From assembly GCA_016861265.1 (NCBI GenBank), contig BOLA01000001.1, positions 671,118-735,117 on the forward strand: 64,000 nucleotides of DNA. The letters run 5' to 3'. Positions within the stretch are counted from its first letter, which is position 1. Every line of letters starts with the position of its first letter. The position numbers and the translations under genes were made by a program. The stretch is from Patescibacteria group bacterium (GTDB lineage: Bacteria; Patescibacteriota; Dojkabacteria; J137). The notes under the pieces are model-generated. The model was not told the origin of the DNA, did no database searches, and was given only the letters and a program-made list of their open reading frames with translations. Positions 22,110-31,669 of the stretch are shown piece after piece.

Positions 22110-22915
22110 CGATATTCTAATAGAGAGTTAAAAGGCGTAATCTGGGTTTCTTCGATTATGTTCTTGGTAAGGTTGCCGTCTTGATCGTAGCCAAAAGTCA
22201 CTACTTTATTAAATTTATTGAAGAAAATTAAGGCTCTTTTATAGTAGGTATTATTGTAATCCATAGGATATGCTTTAAATCCATAGTATTCCTTGAATTC
22301 CATTAACCCAAGTCCCAATCTAATTCCATAAAGATTCTCATCTGTACCCCTTACAATCGTTTTTGCTTTCATCTCTAAAGCGAATTCATCTATACACATT
22401 TCCAGCAGTGCAGATAAGCTGGAATCCTTAATTTTTATATATTCATGGGCTCTATAGTCACACGATATTTCTTCCCGAAATCTATCAATACCAATAATTG
22501 CACCAGCAATTATTTTTCTCTCGGAATTCTTAATAAAAATTGATCCAAATTTATTAGTCTCTTTGGTCTTTTCAAACCATTTCATATCAATCTTAGGAAT
22601 ACCTAATTCCTTTTTCTCAATATTTTTATTGTATAATTCAAGCCATTCTGTGAATTCATTTTGATTTATGTTCTGGCTAAATTCAAAACTGTATAATAAT
22701 TCATTGTCAGCGTGCTTACGTGCTTTCAGTATCTTTTTCCTGGTCCCCTCAGACAGATATTCGAGAGGTTCATTAAATATGACTTCTTTCTTCCATTTTA
22801 TATTTCTTGGTCCGGGATAAGCTGTAGTTATATTATTTCTTACTGCGAAATCCCAGGGTAGATAGGCGTATGCCGGCTTATTATCGATGTAGAACAATTC
22901 TAATCTTTCGAACAT
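22106..22915 (-). CDS. Putative GNAT/FemABX-like transferase
   Basis: C-terminal GLMEFKEYYGF resembles the GLxxFKxxxG motif of Fem/GNAT folds; IIAGAII beta strand. Confidence 0.5.
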   Translation of the reverse strand: MFERLELFYIDNKPAYAYLPWDFAVRNNITTAYPGPRNIKWKKEVIFNEPLEYLSEGTRKKILKARKHADNELLYSFEFSQNINQNEFTEWLELYNKNIEKKELGIPKIDMKWFEKTKETNKFGSIFIKNSERKIIAGAIIGIDRFREEISCDYRAHEYIKIKDSSLSALLEMCIDEFALEMKAKTIVRGTDENLYGIRLGLGLMEFKEYYGFKAYPMDYNNTYYKRALIFFNKFNKVVTFGYDQDGNLTKNIIEETQITPFNSLLEYR

Positions 22916-22924
22916 AGATGTTTT

Positions 22925-23983
22925 TTAGCTAAGTAGTGAGGAGTAAAGCTTAAGATAATTTGCAGCCATAATGTCTCTTGTAAAATTTTCTGAAACCCAG
23001 GCTCTGCAGTTTTCAGGTTTTATAGAGTTTAATTCAGACAATTTAGCGGACATTTCTTCTTCGTTCATAGCTAAAAGACCAGAGAATCCATTTTTGATAG
23101 TTTCTCTAGTTAAACTATTATCTAGGGCAATCACAGGAGTTCCAGATGCCATTGCTTCTACGGGAACAAGTCCGAAAGGCTCTTTATTCCCGTCCAGTAT
23201 AGGGAATAAAACTGCCTTAGCCTTTGCGTAGTAATTTAATAATTCAAAGTGATCTATATTAGCGTGGTGTTCAACTAGCGGATTGTCTAAAAGAGGAGTA
23301 ACTTCTTCCTTGAAAAATTTTTCACTATCTTTATTCCCTTCCGAAGGTTTCCCAACAACGACTATCTTATATCCGTTATTTATTGCAACCCTCATTGCAA
23401 TATCAGCACCTTTTTTACGATCAAGCCTACCTACAAACAATAAAAAATCTTCTTTCTCTGCTTGAAAAGGAATAAGGTCGAGTTCAACCCCATTATATAT
23501 TGTTGTAACATTCTGAATTTTATCTAACAATGGAATTTTCTGTGTATTGGAGACTGTTACAAAATGGATATTTGGCGAATTAAATTTTTCAATCTGCTCA
23601 ATGAGCTCTTCGGTTATCGGGTTGTGAAGTGTTATTACAACTTTCTTATTCAATAGACTACCGATTGGAAGGGCGAATTCCACGTTATGCGTTTGAAATA
23701 TATCTGCCCAGTCTTTCTCCTGTTTAAAAGCATTAGCTAGATGATTAACAATAAACTTACCTCTTTTTGAACCAATCGCATTGTTGAATGGTGCATAGTT
23801 ATTTAACTCAATAGGGTAATAATACTTTAGCTCACCTGAAATTATAGAGTTTTTACATGCGTAGACCTTAAGCTCAGGATTTAATTTATATAGCGACTCG
23901 TTTAAATTGTAGAAAACTCTTTCCGGACCGCTTCTGCCATGGGGAATGTTAAACAAAATTGTGGCAATATGGCAAATATTCAT
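22925..23983 (-). CDS. Glycosyltransferase family 4
   Basis: LLFVGRLDRKKG and EPFGLVPVEAMASGTPVI. Confidence 0.94.
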   Translation of the reverse strand: MNICHIATILFNIPHGRSGPERVFYNLNESLYKLNPELKVYACKNSIISGELKYYYPIELNNYAPFNNAIGSKRGKFIVNHLANAFKQEKDWADIFQTHNVEFALPIGSLLNKKVVITLHNPITEELIEQIEKFNSPNIHFVTVSNTQKIPLLDKIQNVTTIYNGVELDLIPFQAEKEDFLLFVGRLDRKKGADIAMRVAINNGYKIVVVGKPSEGNKDSEKFFKEEVTPLLDNPLVEHHANIDHFELLNYYAKAKAVLFPILDGNKEPFGLVPVEAMASGTPVIALDNSLTRETIKNGFSGLLAMNEEEMSAKLSELNSIKPENCRAWVSENFTRDIMAANYLKLYSSLLS

Positions 23984-23985
23984 AT

Positions 23986-24924
23986 TTAAGGATTTCTAAT
24001 ATTCCTAAGGATCTCAAATTCAGTCGCTAGGTATTCAAATAAATTATATTTTTTAATGGACTCTATTACAGTATCTCTTATTTTTACTTTCTCCTGTGTA
24101 TCTACAGATGGATTCTGTAGCAATTTAAAGTAATAGTAAATATAGCCATAAAAGAGGTTAGTTTTACTTAATTTATTTACATTTAACTTCTTCTCTTCGA
24201 GTAATTTCTTTTTTGAATATAAATAGGCTCTATAACTTTCCGCTCTTGCCTTGTCCTTTCCTTGTAAGGAATTACTATTCACAAGACTTTCGTGACCCCT
24301 CCTAAAGTAACCCAATGGTTCAGAAATATAATCAAATCTGAAGTTGTTCATGCTAATTCGCAAAATTAAATCATGGTCTTCTGATAGCCTCATTGTTTCA
24401 TCAAAATATCCGACTTCATCAAAAATGGATTTCTTCATTAGTATAGACGTTATTGGTGGGTATCCGCCATTTTCGAATAATTCGGGAAAAAAATAATCCT
24501 TACGAAGTGTTTTTCCATAGATATTGTTTACATTTGAAATATCCCCTTCAAATCTATAGATTGGGTGGTAGGTTATATCTGTATCGTTTCTTTCGATTTG
24601 TCTTATCTGTAGTTCAAGCTTATTCTCCATCCATAAATCGTCGGAGTCTATAAATGCAATTAATTCCCCTTTCGCCTGCTTGATTGCTGCATTTCTTACT
24701 TTCCCAACATAACCACCACTATTTTCTGCTAGAAATACTGGTTTTATTCTAGAATCGTTTGCTGCATATTTTATTATTATGTCCTTAGATGAATCCGTAC
24801 TTCCATCATCAATAATAATATGCTCATAATCTGTGAAAGTTTGTTTCTGAACACTTTCTATTGTTTCTTGGATTACATTCTCTCTATTAAAAACAGGAGT
24901 TATGATTGATATTCTAGGTTGCAT
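23986..24924 (-). CDS. Glycosyltransferase family 2
   Basis: ISIITPVFN, IIIDDGSTD, AFIDSDD, EDHDL. Confidence 0.94.
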   Translation of the reverse strand: MQPRISIITPVFNRENVIQETIESVQKQTFTDYEHIIIDDGSTDSSKDIIIKYAANDSRIKPVFLAENSGGYVGKVRNAAIKQAKGELIAFIDSDDLWMENKLELQIRQIERNDTDITYHPIYRFEGDISNVNNIYGKTLRKDYFFPELFENGGYPPITSILMKKSIFDEVGYFDETMRLSEDHDLILRISMNNFRFDYISEPLGYFRRGHESLVNSNSLQGKDKARAESYRAYLYSKKKLLEEKKLNVNKLSKTNLFYGYIYYYFKLLQNPSVDTQEKVKIRDTVIESIKKYNLFEYLATEFEILRNIRNP

Positions 24925-24925
24925 T

Positions 24926-25708
24926 TTATTTATTTAACTTATTAAAGGGGCAGACCTCGATTAGAGGGTGTAAATCAATCTTATGATTATAATTATATAT
25001 TTGCGAATGTAAATCTTCAAGCTTTGTATCTTCAGTGATAACCATAGGCTTTACTAAAGGTCGATTCACAGACAAAAAATAATCTTCGAATTTAAATCCG
25101 TTACCGATAACCTTATCGGAAAATTCTACCCAGTAGGCTGGAATATTATAAGCATCGGAGGCAATAATACCATGTAAGGAACTTGAGAATATGATTTCGC
25201 AAGAATTAATCTCATCAATGAATTTAAATTTATCTTGTGTTATGTCTATTACCAATACATCTGGATTATTCTCTAAATTTTTGACAAATGCATTCTCTTT
25301 ATCTACATAGTGAGGAATTACTCCAATCTTATATTTCTTTTCGCTAATAACGGGTTTATATATTAAAGGGAAAAGAAGAGCAGGGTCACCATATATTTCA
25401 GGACATTCAATCCCTTGGTTTAACAACGATTTCCTTGTAAGTGGCCCCCTAACTGCTAATATTTTTGGTGAGGTAGAAATAGTGCTCTTTTCTGTAATAA
25501 AGCCGCTTCCCCAAACGACCGAATTATTCTTGGCTCTATCTAATATACTTCCAACAACATAATAAACTGGCCCTAAATATGACTCTAAATCATTTATGTG
25601 AGTTGGAATCTCTCCCGAAAAAAACTCTATTAATGTTGGATTTATTGCATCTCCCCAATTATTAACTACCTCTGGATTTTTGGATCTAAACCAATAAGCT
25701 ACTAACAT
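24926..25708 (-). CDS. Polysaccharide pyruvyl transferase (ExoV-like)
   Basis: NWGD, VRGPLT, GDPALL, IGVIPHY, SSSLHGII. Confidence 0.9.
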   Translation of the reverse strand: MLVAYWFRSKNPEVVNNWGDAINPTLIEFFSGEIPTHINDLESYLGPVYYVVGSILDRAKNNSVVWGSGFITEKSTISTSPKILAVRGPLTRKSLLNQGIECPEIYGDPALLFPLIYKPVISEKKYKIGVIPHYVDKENAFVKNLENNPDVLVIDITQDKFKFIDEINSCEIIFSSSLHGIIASDAYNIPAYWVEFSDKVIGNGFKFEDYFLSVNRPLVKPMVITEDTKLEDLHSQIYNYNHKIDLHPLIEVCPFNKLNK

Positions 25709-25709
25709 A

Positions 25710-26636
25710 TTAATTTATAAGATAATTAGATAAATTTGTAAGGTAGGCCTCTAGTAAATCTAGACTCTCTTCACTAAAGACATCTAGCCCTGGCTTAGTA
25801 TTTGCCTCAACCAAAAGATATTTCTGAGAATGCCTATCGTACATAAAATCAAGTGAGAATATCTTCTTTTCGAATGCCTCGAGTCTTTGTATTATTTTTT
25901 TACATAATTCCAATAGATCTGGAATATTTTCTAATTTTATAAATTCAATGCTTGCACCTCTATGGAAGTTAGTATAGAGTGACCCTTCAGCAGCAATTCT
26001 TGATAATGCATATTGTGGACTTTCTCCGAGGAATACAACCCTGAAATCCTTTATTTCATTGTCTTGTTTTGCGTCAATAAAATCTTGTACAATTGAGTTG
26101 TGCTGTAAATAGATCTCTTTATCGTTTGTTATTTGGACCTGTTTTCCACCCGAACCTCTAATATTTTTAATGACTAGCGTCTTTCCATCCTCGTTTTTAA
26201 TGGTCTCTCCTGCTAATGCTAAGCGAGAGTAGGGAAGAAAGTCTTTAAATATCACAGCCTGATTTAATTTATTATCTATAAGGTTATCGAAATATGTATT
26301 ATTCACTAGTGGAATGATTTTTTCTATTTCAAGCTTCTTTTCGTGAATTTCGATTAAAAGATCACCTGTTATTTTATTAAAATTTCCACACTTATCATAA
26401 ATTACGTTAGGTTTTATTTCATTTTCTACCTTTTGCCACGAATTATTTACAAACTGCCACCCCTTAGTAAACTTGCCTTCCTTAAACCAATTAATGTTGC
26501 TTCTATAGAGTCTAATATCCAATTTCTTACATACTTTTCCCCAAGTTGAATAACCTAAATTCTGACTAGGAGTAAAATCTGGCTTCTCTAGGTTCCAATC
26601 CTCTTCGTTGTTTAGTATTAGTATCGATTTATTCAT
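25710..26636 (-). CDS. RimK/YheCD-like ATP-grasp ligase, paralogue B
   Basis: VIKNIRGSGGKQV, IVQDFI, DFRVVF, TNFHRGA, SLDF, VEANTKPG. Confidence 0.85.
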   Translation of the reverse strand: MNKSILILNNEEDWNLEKPDFTPSQNLGYSTWGKVCKKLDIRLYRSNINWFKEGKFTKGWQFVNNSWQKVENEIKPNVIYDKCGNFNKITGDLLIEIHEKKLEIEKIIPLVNNTYFDNLIDNKLNQAVIFKDFLPYSRLALAGETIKNEDGKTLVIKNIRGSGGKQVQITNDKEIYLQHNSIVQDFIDAKQDNEIKDFRVVFLGESPQYALSRIAAEGSLYTNFHRGASIEFIKLENIPDLLELCKKIIQRLEAFEKKIFSLDFMYDRHSQKYLLVEANTKPGLDVFSEESLDLLEAYLTNLSNYLIN

Positions 26637-27556
26637 TAGTTTAGTAAATAATCAGTTAATTTTGAGTAGAAAAGTTCCATTATTTCAATATTATCTACAA
26701 ATACTCCAACTCCAGGTGTGCTATTAAATTCCATTAGGTATGGCTTATTTGATTGAGTCTCTACAATAAAATCTAGTGAATATATTAGTTTAGGAAATAC
26801 TGAAAGAGGTTGGGATATTTCTTTAGCCTTCTCAACAAGAAACGGTATAGTATTCATATCTACAATCTCAGAATGGGCTCCTTTGTTAGTATTTGTAAAG
26901 CTGGAGTCCTTTTCTGCTATTCTACTTGCAGCGTATACCAATTCACTTCCTATAAAAACTAATCTGTAGTCCCTCAGTTCGTCGTTTGCTCTTGCATCAA
27001 TAAATTCTTGAATAATACTATTTTCACTTATTATAATATTTCTATCTTCACTTATCTGAACCTGATTCCCACCCGATCCATAAGGCAACTTTATTACCAG
27101 TTTACTATTATTGTTTACCGAAGTATTAGCGGGTACAAATTTACTATTAGGTAAGTATTTATTAAATAATACTAATTGGTTAATCTTGTTGTCTAAAAAT
27201 AAAGACGCTTCTGGAGGGTTAATAAATTTGTATTTTGAAGCCACTAGTATTTTTTTATTATACAAGTCAGACTCAAGGTGACCGTTTGTTTTATCGTAAA
27301 TTCTTGCCTTGTCATAGACTACATCAGGATTAAAGTTATTACTGATCTTTTCCCAAGCTTTTGTATTGGGATTATATTCCCAATACTTTGCAAAACTTTC
27401 ACCGTTAAACCAGTTTATTTCGCTCCTTACAAGCTTTATATCTCTTGATGCGCATAAATCTCCCCAATAAGAGTAAGATCTTCTGAATCTTTCCTTATGT
27501 TCAGGCTGATCTAAATGCCAATCATCTCCAGTGTAGAGTATCAAAATGGATTTCAT
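26636..27556 (-). CDS. RimK/YheCD-like ATP-grasp ligase, paralogue A
   Basis: VIKLPYGSGGNQV, IIQEFI, DYRLVF, TNTNKGA, SLDF, MEFNSTPG. Confidence 0.85.
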   Translation of the reverse strand: MKSILILYTGDDWHLDQPEHKERFRRSYSYWGDLCASRDIKLVRSEINWFNGESFAKYWEYNPNTKAWEKISNNFNPDVVYDKARIYDKTNGHLESDLYNKKILVASKYKFINPPEASLFLDNKINQLVLFNKYLPNSKFVPANTSVNNNSKLVIKLPYGSGGNQVQISEDRNIIISENSIIQEFIDARANDELRDYRLVFIGSELVYAASRIAEKDSSFTNTNKGAHSEIVDMNTIPFLVEKAKEISQPLSVFPKLIYSLDFIVETQSNKPYLMEFNSTPGVGVFVDNIEIMELFYSKLTDYLLN

Positions 27557-28983
27557 ACTTGTATTTTTGAAGGGTCAATTAGAAACTTTCCAAGGGTGTT
27601 ATTGCCCAATAGTATTTTATAGCTTAGATGTTTTCTGTCAAATATTGTAAAGTTCGTAATAATTTCTTGTCCCTCTATAATTATCTTTATATTTACATAT
27701 AGTCTTAAGCTTGTCCCATGGCTTGATCTTATGTATTTTATATTTGTAAGATAATCAAATTTCAATTTAAGTTTAGTGAATATATCTTGAGCTACGACCT
27801 GGGCTTCATCTTCAGTTGTAAGCTTGCTAGAGGCTTCACTATAAAGTATCTTAAATTCTTCTATTATATCCCCGAATCCTAACGATACTGCGAGGGATTC
27901 ATCAATGGATGATAGGTCTGCACCAGTATCCACCTTTGCTTTTATATTGAACGAAGTTTGCAGATCAAGGCTATATACCTCTATGTTTGTTGTTAATCCA
28001 ATAACTTGTTTTCCTGATAGGCTCTCAATTTCCTCTTCTATTTCTCCACCGAACAGGTCTTTTGCAAGTCTTACGGCTCTTTCAGTAGTTTTCACTTTAA
28101 TTCCGGAAGCCTTTTTTAATCTCCATCTCAGACCATCATCATTTGCAAGTTGAATTGAAAGTCCTGGTCTTGCATTCATTTCAACAATTACGGGTCCTTT
28201 TTCTTCATCTATTAAGAAATCAACTGCCCCGAACCCAAGTCCGGTTACTTTGCTTGCTTCACAGGCGTACCTCAATATTTTGTCCCAATAAGGAATTTTT
28301 ATACCAGATAAAGGTAAATTGGTATTTGGGACATAATCGATTGCGGTGGATTTCCCAATTATTGAGGATGTGGTTTTTCCAACTGCCATGTCAATTCCTG
28401 CTGCTATTGCTCCTAAATCAAGGTTTGCTTTCCCATCAGATTCTTTTGTCGGTAGCCTAATATAACTCATTACAGGAATAGAGTTGAATATTAGGACTCT
28501 AATGTCTGGTGCACCTTTATAACTGTAATACTTAAAACCTTTATGTGGTCTAACTCTTTCTTCAATCAAGGCCCTGTCGGGTTCATTAAATAGAGAATAT
28601 CTACCATCTAGAATATCCTGTATTAAGGACTTTAAGTCGTCTTCAGTGTATCTTCTATTGCCAGAGGCAATCCATTTACCCTCCTTATTTCTATTATATA
28701 CAATGGTTACACCACCGCCTCTCACTCCTTTTACAGGCTTTATTACAAATGACTTGGGTAGAGTAGAGAAATCAAATTCATTTAGCTGGTTTCGGTTCTT
28801 AATTACCTTTACAAGTGTAGGAACAGGGATTCCAGCCCTGGCTAGAATTCTTTTGGATATAGTTTTATCATCCGCAATCTTAATGGCACCTCTTTTATTA
28901 TATGGACGAATGTAATTTAGATATCTCTCATTCCTTCCCAAAACTAATTTTCTATTTTCAATTATCTTGCTTAGGCTGATCAT
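27553..28983 (-). CDS. Alpha-L-glutamate-ligase-like (ATPgrasp_ST) protein fused to a retropepsin-like RimK-associated protease domain
   Basis: ADDK, FVIKPVKGVRGGGV, DIRV, KANLDLGA, EMNARPGLSIQLAN; C-terminal AKVDTGADLSSID...ILLG; ATG 28983 preferred as start. Confidence 0.88.
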   Translation of the reverse strand: MISLSKIIENRKLVLGRNERYLNYIRPYNKRGAIKIADDKTISKRILARAGIPVPTLVKVIKNRNQLNEFDFSTLPKSFVIKPVKGVRGGGVTIVYNRNKEGKWIASGNRRYTEDDLKSLIQDILDGRYSLFNEPDRALIEERVRPHKGFKYYSYKGAPDIRVLIFNSIPVMSYIRLPTKESDGKANLDLGAIAAGIDMAVGKTTSSIIGKSTAIDYVPNTNLPLSGIKIPYWDKILRYACEASKVTGLGFGAVDFLIDEEKGPVIVEMNARPGLSIQLANDDGLRWRLKKASGIKVKTTERAVRLAKDLFGGEIEEEIESLSGKQVIGLTTNIEVYSLDLQTSFNIKAKVDTGADLSSIDESLAVSLGFGDIIEEFKILYSEASSKLTTEDEAQVVAQDIFTKLKLKFDYLTNIKYIRSSHGTSLRLYVNIKIIIEGQEIITNFTIFDRKHLSYKILLGNNTLGKFLIDPSKIQV

Positions 28984-29689
28984 TTGTAGTCTTATTATCC
29001 CCAAATAAAATGCTTCGGAATCTCCAGTACTCATTTAACCTTAGTCCGGTAAATCTGCCAAGGTAAACATTGACAATTATTAGTATTGGAATGATCAATA
29101 AATTAGTTTCTACGAAGCTCTGTAGCCTTGTAATTGATATGAAAATGTAACAAAACAATGCAGTGATGAAAGTATCTATTGCAGTATTAAATCCGTAGCT
29201 TGTTCCCTTTCTAGCAAAGGCTGAGACAAAGGGTTCGACTAATATAGCTAAGATTATTAATGTAAATTTATTTAAGAACACTGGTCCATTAAATCCTACA
29301 ATTCCTGCTACAACAATACAGGCAAAAAGCGAGATTACTACGCCAAGTGTAACTAATGTTAGTTTAGGTATGTAGTTCATCCTAAGATATTTTAGGACTC
29401 TATATACTAACCAGCTAGTGATTAGTGTTATGGTGTAGAGTAATACTCCATATTTCACTGCCTTCCATATATCTTGTTCTCCAGCGTTATTGCCAAATTC
29501 ATATAAAAGGAAGGTGATGATTACCGGGGTAAAGATTCCGAGGCTTTTTATTCCAATAACATATCTGGCGATTCCAATTATCGTTGTAACCACAGGAAGA
29601 AGTATCAATATTACAAATACCTCTTTATATAGTGCAACTTCTGTTGCTGGGATTCCTCTTTGTATTAATAAATTCCAAATTATATCCAT
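28958..29689 (-). CDS. 7TM membrane protein (7TM_transglut-like)
   Basis: LPVVTTIIGIARYVIGIKSLGIFTP and YLGRFTGLRLNEYWRF, typical of the 7TM partner of ATPgrasp_ST ligases. Confidence 0.85.
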   Translation of the reverse strand: MDIIWNLLIQRGIPATEVALYKEVFVILILLPVVTTIIGIARYVIGIKSLGIFTPVIITFLLYEFGNNAGEQDIWKAVKYGVLLYTITLITSWLVYRVLKYLRMNYIPKLTLVTLGVVISLFACIVVAGIVGFNGPVFLNKFTLIILAILVEPFVSAFARKGTSYGFNTAIDTFITALFCYIFISITRLQSFVETNLLIIPILIIVNVYLGRFTGLRLNEYWRFRSILFGDNKTTNDQPKQDN

Positions 29690-29701
29690 ATGTTTAGTAT
29701 T

Positions 29702-29741
29702 AAAAAAGCAGGTTGTTTACACTTAATATAAACTAACCTGC
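29702..29741 (-). terminator. Terminator after rplL
   Basis: GCAGGTT/AACCTGC stem followed by a T-run on the minus strand. Confidence 0.6.
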
Positions 29742-29770
29742 TCGTATTTACAAAATAATTATCAGAGTAA

Positions 29771-30166
29771 TTATTTAACTTCAACTTTAGCACCTTCTGC
29801 CTCTAGTTGTTTCTTGATATCTTCAGCTTCTTCCTTCTTAGCACCTTCCTTGATTGGTTTAGCGCCAGCTGCAACACTGTCAACTAAGTCTTTAGCTTCT
29901 TTTAAGCCTAGGCCTGTGATGTTCTTTACAACTTTGATTACACCGATCTTGTTAGCACCTGCGTCAGTTAGAATTACGTCAAACTCAGTTTTTTCTTCTG
30001 CTGCTTCTGCTGGAGCTCCACCTGCCATTGGCATAGCCATAGCCATAGGTGCGCTAGCTTTAACATCAAAAGTTTCTTCTAGAGCTTTCTTTAATTCAAA
30101 AGCTTCAACAACTGTTAACTCTTTAATAGAGTCTACAATTTTCTGTACTTTTTCGCTTGTAGCCAT
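29771..30166 (-). CDS. rplL: 50S ribosomal protein L7/L12
   Basis: [30 protein letters not shown]; true start MATSEK at 30166. Confidence 0.97.
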   Translation of the reverse strand: MATSEKVQKIVDSIKELTVVEAFELKKALEETFDVKASAPMAMAMPMAGGAPAEAAEEKTEFDVILTDAGANKIGVIKVVKNITGLGLKEAKDLVDSVAAGAKPIKEGAKKEEAEDIKKQLEAEGAKVEVK

Positions 30167-30294
30167 TGTATGTTTAAATAAAATATAAAAATTTGTTAAT
30201 ATAACTAACTCCAATAATTTTCTAGGACTAATTTCCTTTTAAGGATTTCGCCTTTATTGAATTTTTAGTTAAAACTAAACCAAAATAAAATTAA

Positions 30295-30828
30295 TTATTC
30301 TTTAAATGCTTGATCTAGGATAGTTGCAAAAGACCTTGTTGGATCTTCTAAAACATTAACTACTCCGGACATTGCATTGTCAAGAATTCCTAATATCATT
30401 GAAATACTACCATTAAAGTCTGGCATGTCAGCTAATTCAGACACCTGTTCTTTAGTTAAAAGAACGCCGTCCATGATTCCTGACACTATTTCTATCTTTG
30501 TACTACCATCTTTAGATGTAGTTGCATCAATAAATTTCTTTAATGATTTGCTAGGATTAACAATATCTTCACTTAAGAATAGAGCAGCGTGTTCGCCATT
30601 CTCTAACTCCTTAACTTCAGGATATTGAGCTTCAGCAAGAGCTAATTTAAATATTGTATTTTTTACAATATTAAAGTTTGCGTCAAAATCAAATATGTTC
30701 ATTCTGAAGTCATTAGCTTCGTTAGGTGTAAGTTTTGAAGGCTTAACTATAATAATAGCTTTTGCCTTTTTTACATCTTTTACATATTTGTCTTTTAAAG
30801 CCAACTTTTCTTTTTTGGTCTTGGCCAT
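30295..30828 (-). CDS. rplJ: 50S ribosomal protein L10
   Basis: IVKNTIFKLAL motif; position between rplA and rplL. Confidence 0.93.
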   Translation of the reverse strand: MAKTKKEKLALKDKYVKDVKKAKAIIIVKPSKLTPNEANDFRMNIFDFDANFNIVKNTIFKLALAEAQYPEVKELENGEHAALFLSEDIVNPSKSLKKFIDATTSKDGSTKIEIVSGIMDGVLLTKEQVSELADMPDFNGSISMILGILDNAMSGVVNVLEDPTRSFATILDQAFKE

Positions 30829-30859
30829 TTTACAAAATATAATATAAATATTACTAGGT

Positions 30860-30962
30860 AATAAAAAAGCACCACGAGGGCGCTATAAATTTGATGTTAA
30901 TCAAACTACAGTGCGTCTCGGTGGGATTTATGTAAATCTCTTTACTACCTACTGTCTTAAAC
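30860..30962 (-). promoter_or_regulatory. L10 leader (rplJL autoregulatory RNA)
   Basis: Minus strand reads TAAGACAGTAGG...TAAATCCCACCGAGAC...CCTCGTGGTGCTTTTTT directly upstream of rplJ, matching the L10-leader pattern. Confidence 0.8.
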
Positions 30963-30973
30963 GTTGTTAATTT

Positions 30974-31648
30974 TTAAATGTTATTGATTATATCATTAAC
31001 ATCCAACTTTAGGCCAGCTCCCATAGTAGGGGAAACTGTAACTCTTTTGAATGGGTTAGATGATAATTTCTTAGCTTCTGAATGAACAGCTTTTAGTAGA
31101 GCCATTATGTTCTCATTTATACTATCTGCTGGCATATCAACTTTAGCAACTTTTAATCTGATAGCTCCTTGTTCAGGAATTGATTTGAAATTCAATCTAC
31201 CAGCTTTAAAGCTTTGTACAGCTTTCGCAATATCCATTGTAACTGTTCCGTTCTTTGGGTTTGGCATTAATCCTTTTGGTCCTAGAACTTTAGCTGCTTT
31301 AGCTATCTGACCCATCATAGCTGGGGTGGCGATAATAACGTCGAATGTGGCTTCTCCCGATATAATAGCATCAACTACTTTTACACCTGCCATATCAGCT
31401 CCTGCATCCAATGCTGCCTTCTCACTTTTTTCATCGCAGACTACTGCTACTTTTTTTGTGTCTCCCATAGAGTGAGGTAGAGTAACGCTTCCTCTTACTA
31501 TTTCTTTTTTTTGCTTTTCTTTTAAGTTTAAAACGATATCAATATCTACTGATCCTGCAAACTTACTTGTACTTACTTCAGGAAGTAATTTAGCAGCCTC
31601 TTCAACTGTATATGTTCTGTTTGTATTTATTTCTATATTTTTCTTCAT
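30974..31648 (-). CDS. rplA: 50S ribosomal protein L1
   Basis: VRGSVTLPH, LGPKGLMPNPKNGTV, SPTMG. Confidence 0.97.
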   Translation of the reverse strand: MKKNIEINTNRTYTVEEAAKLLPEVSTSKFAGSVDIDIVLNLKEKQKKEIVRGSVTLPHSMGDTKKVAVVCDEKSEKAALDAGADMAGVKVVDAIISGEATFDVIIATPAMMGQIAKAAKVLGPKGLMPNPKNGTVTMDIAKAVQSFKAGRLNFKSIPEQGAIRLKVAKVDMPADSINENIMALLKAVHSEAKKLSSNPFKRVTVSPTMGAGLKLDVNDIINNI

Positions 31649-31669
31649 ATTCTTAATTATTTTTTTAAC

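Noticed and set aside
29814-30188. Antisense ORFs over conserved genes (this one over rplL, and similar ones over polA, clpC, rho, topA, dnaX, dnaB, yebC and ruvB)
   Set aside because: Codon-bias shadows of well-supported genes on the opposite strand
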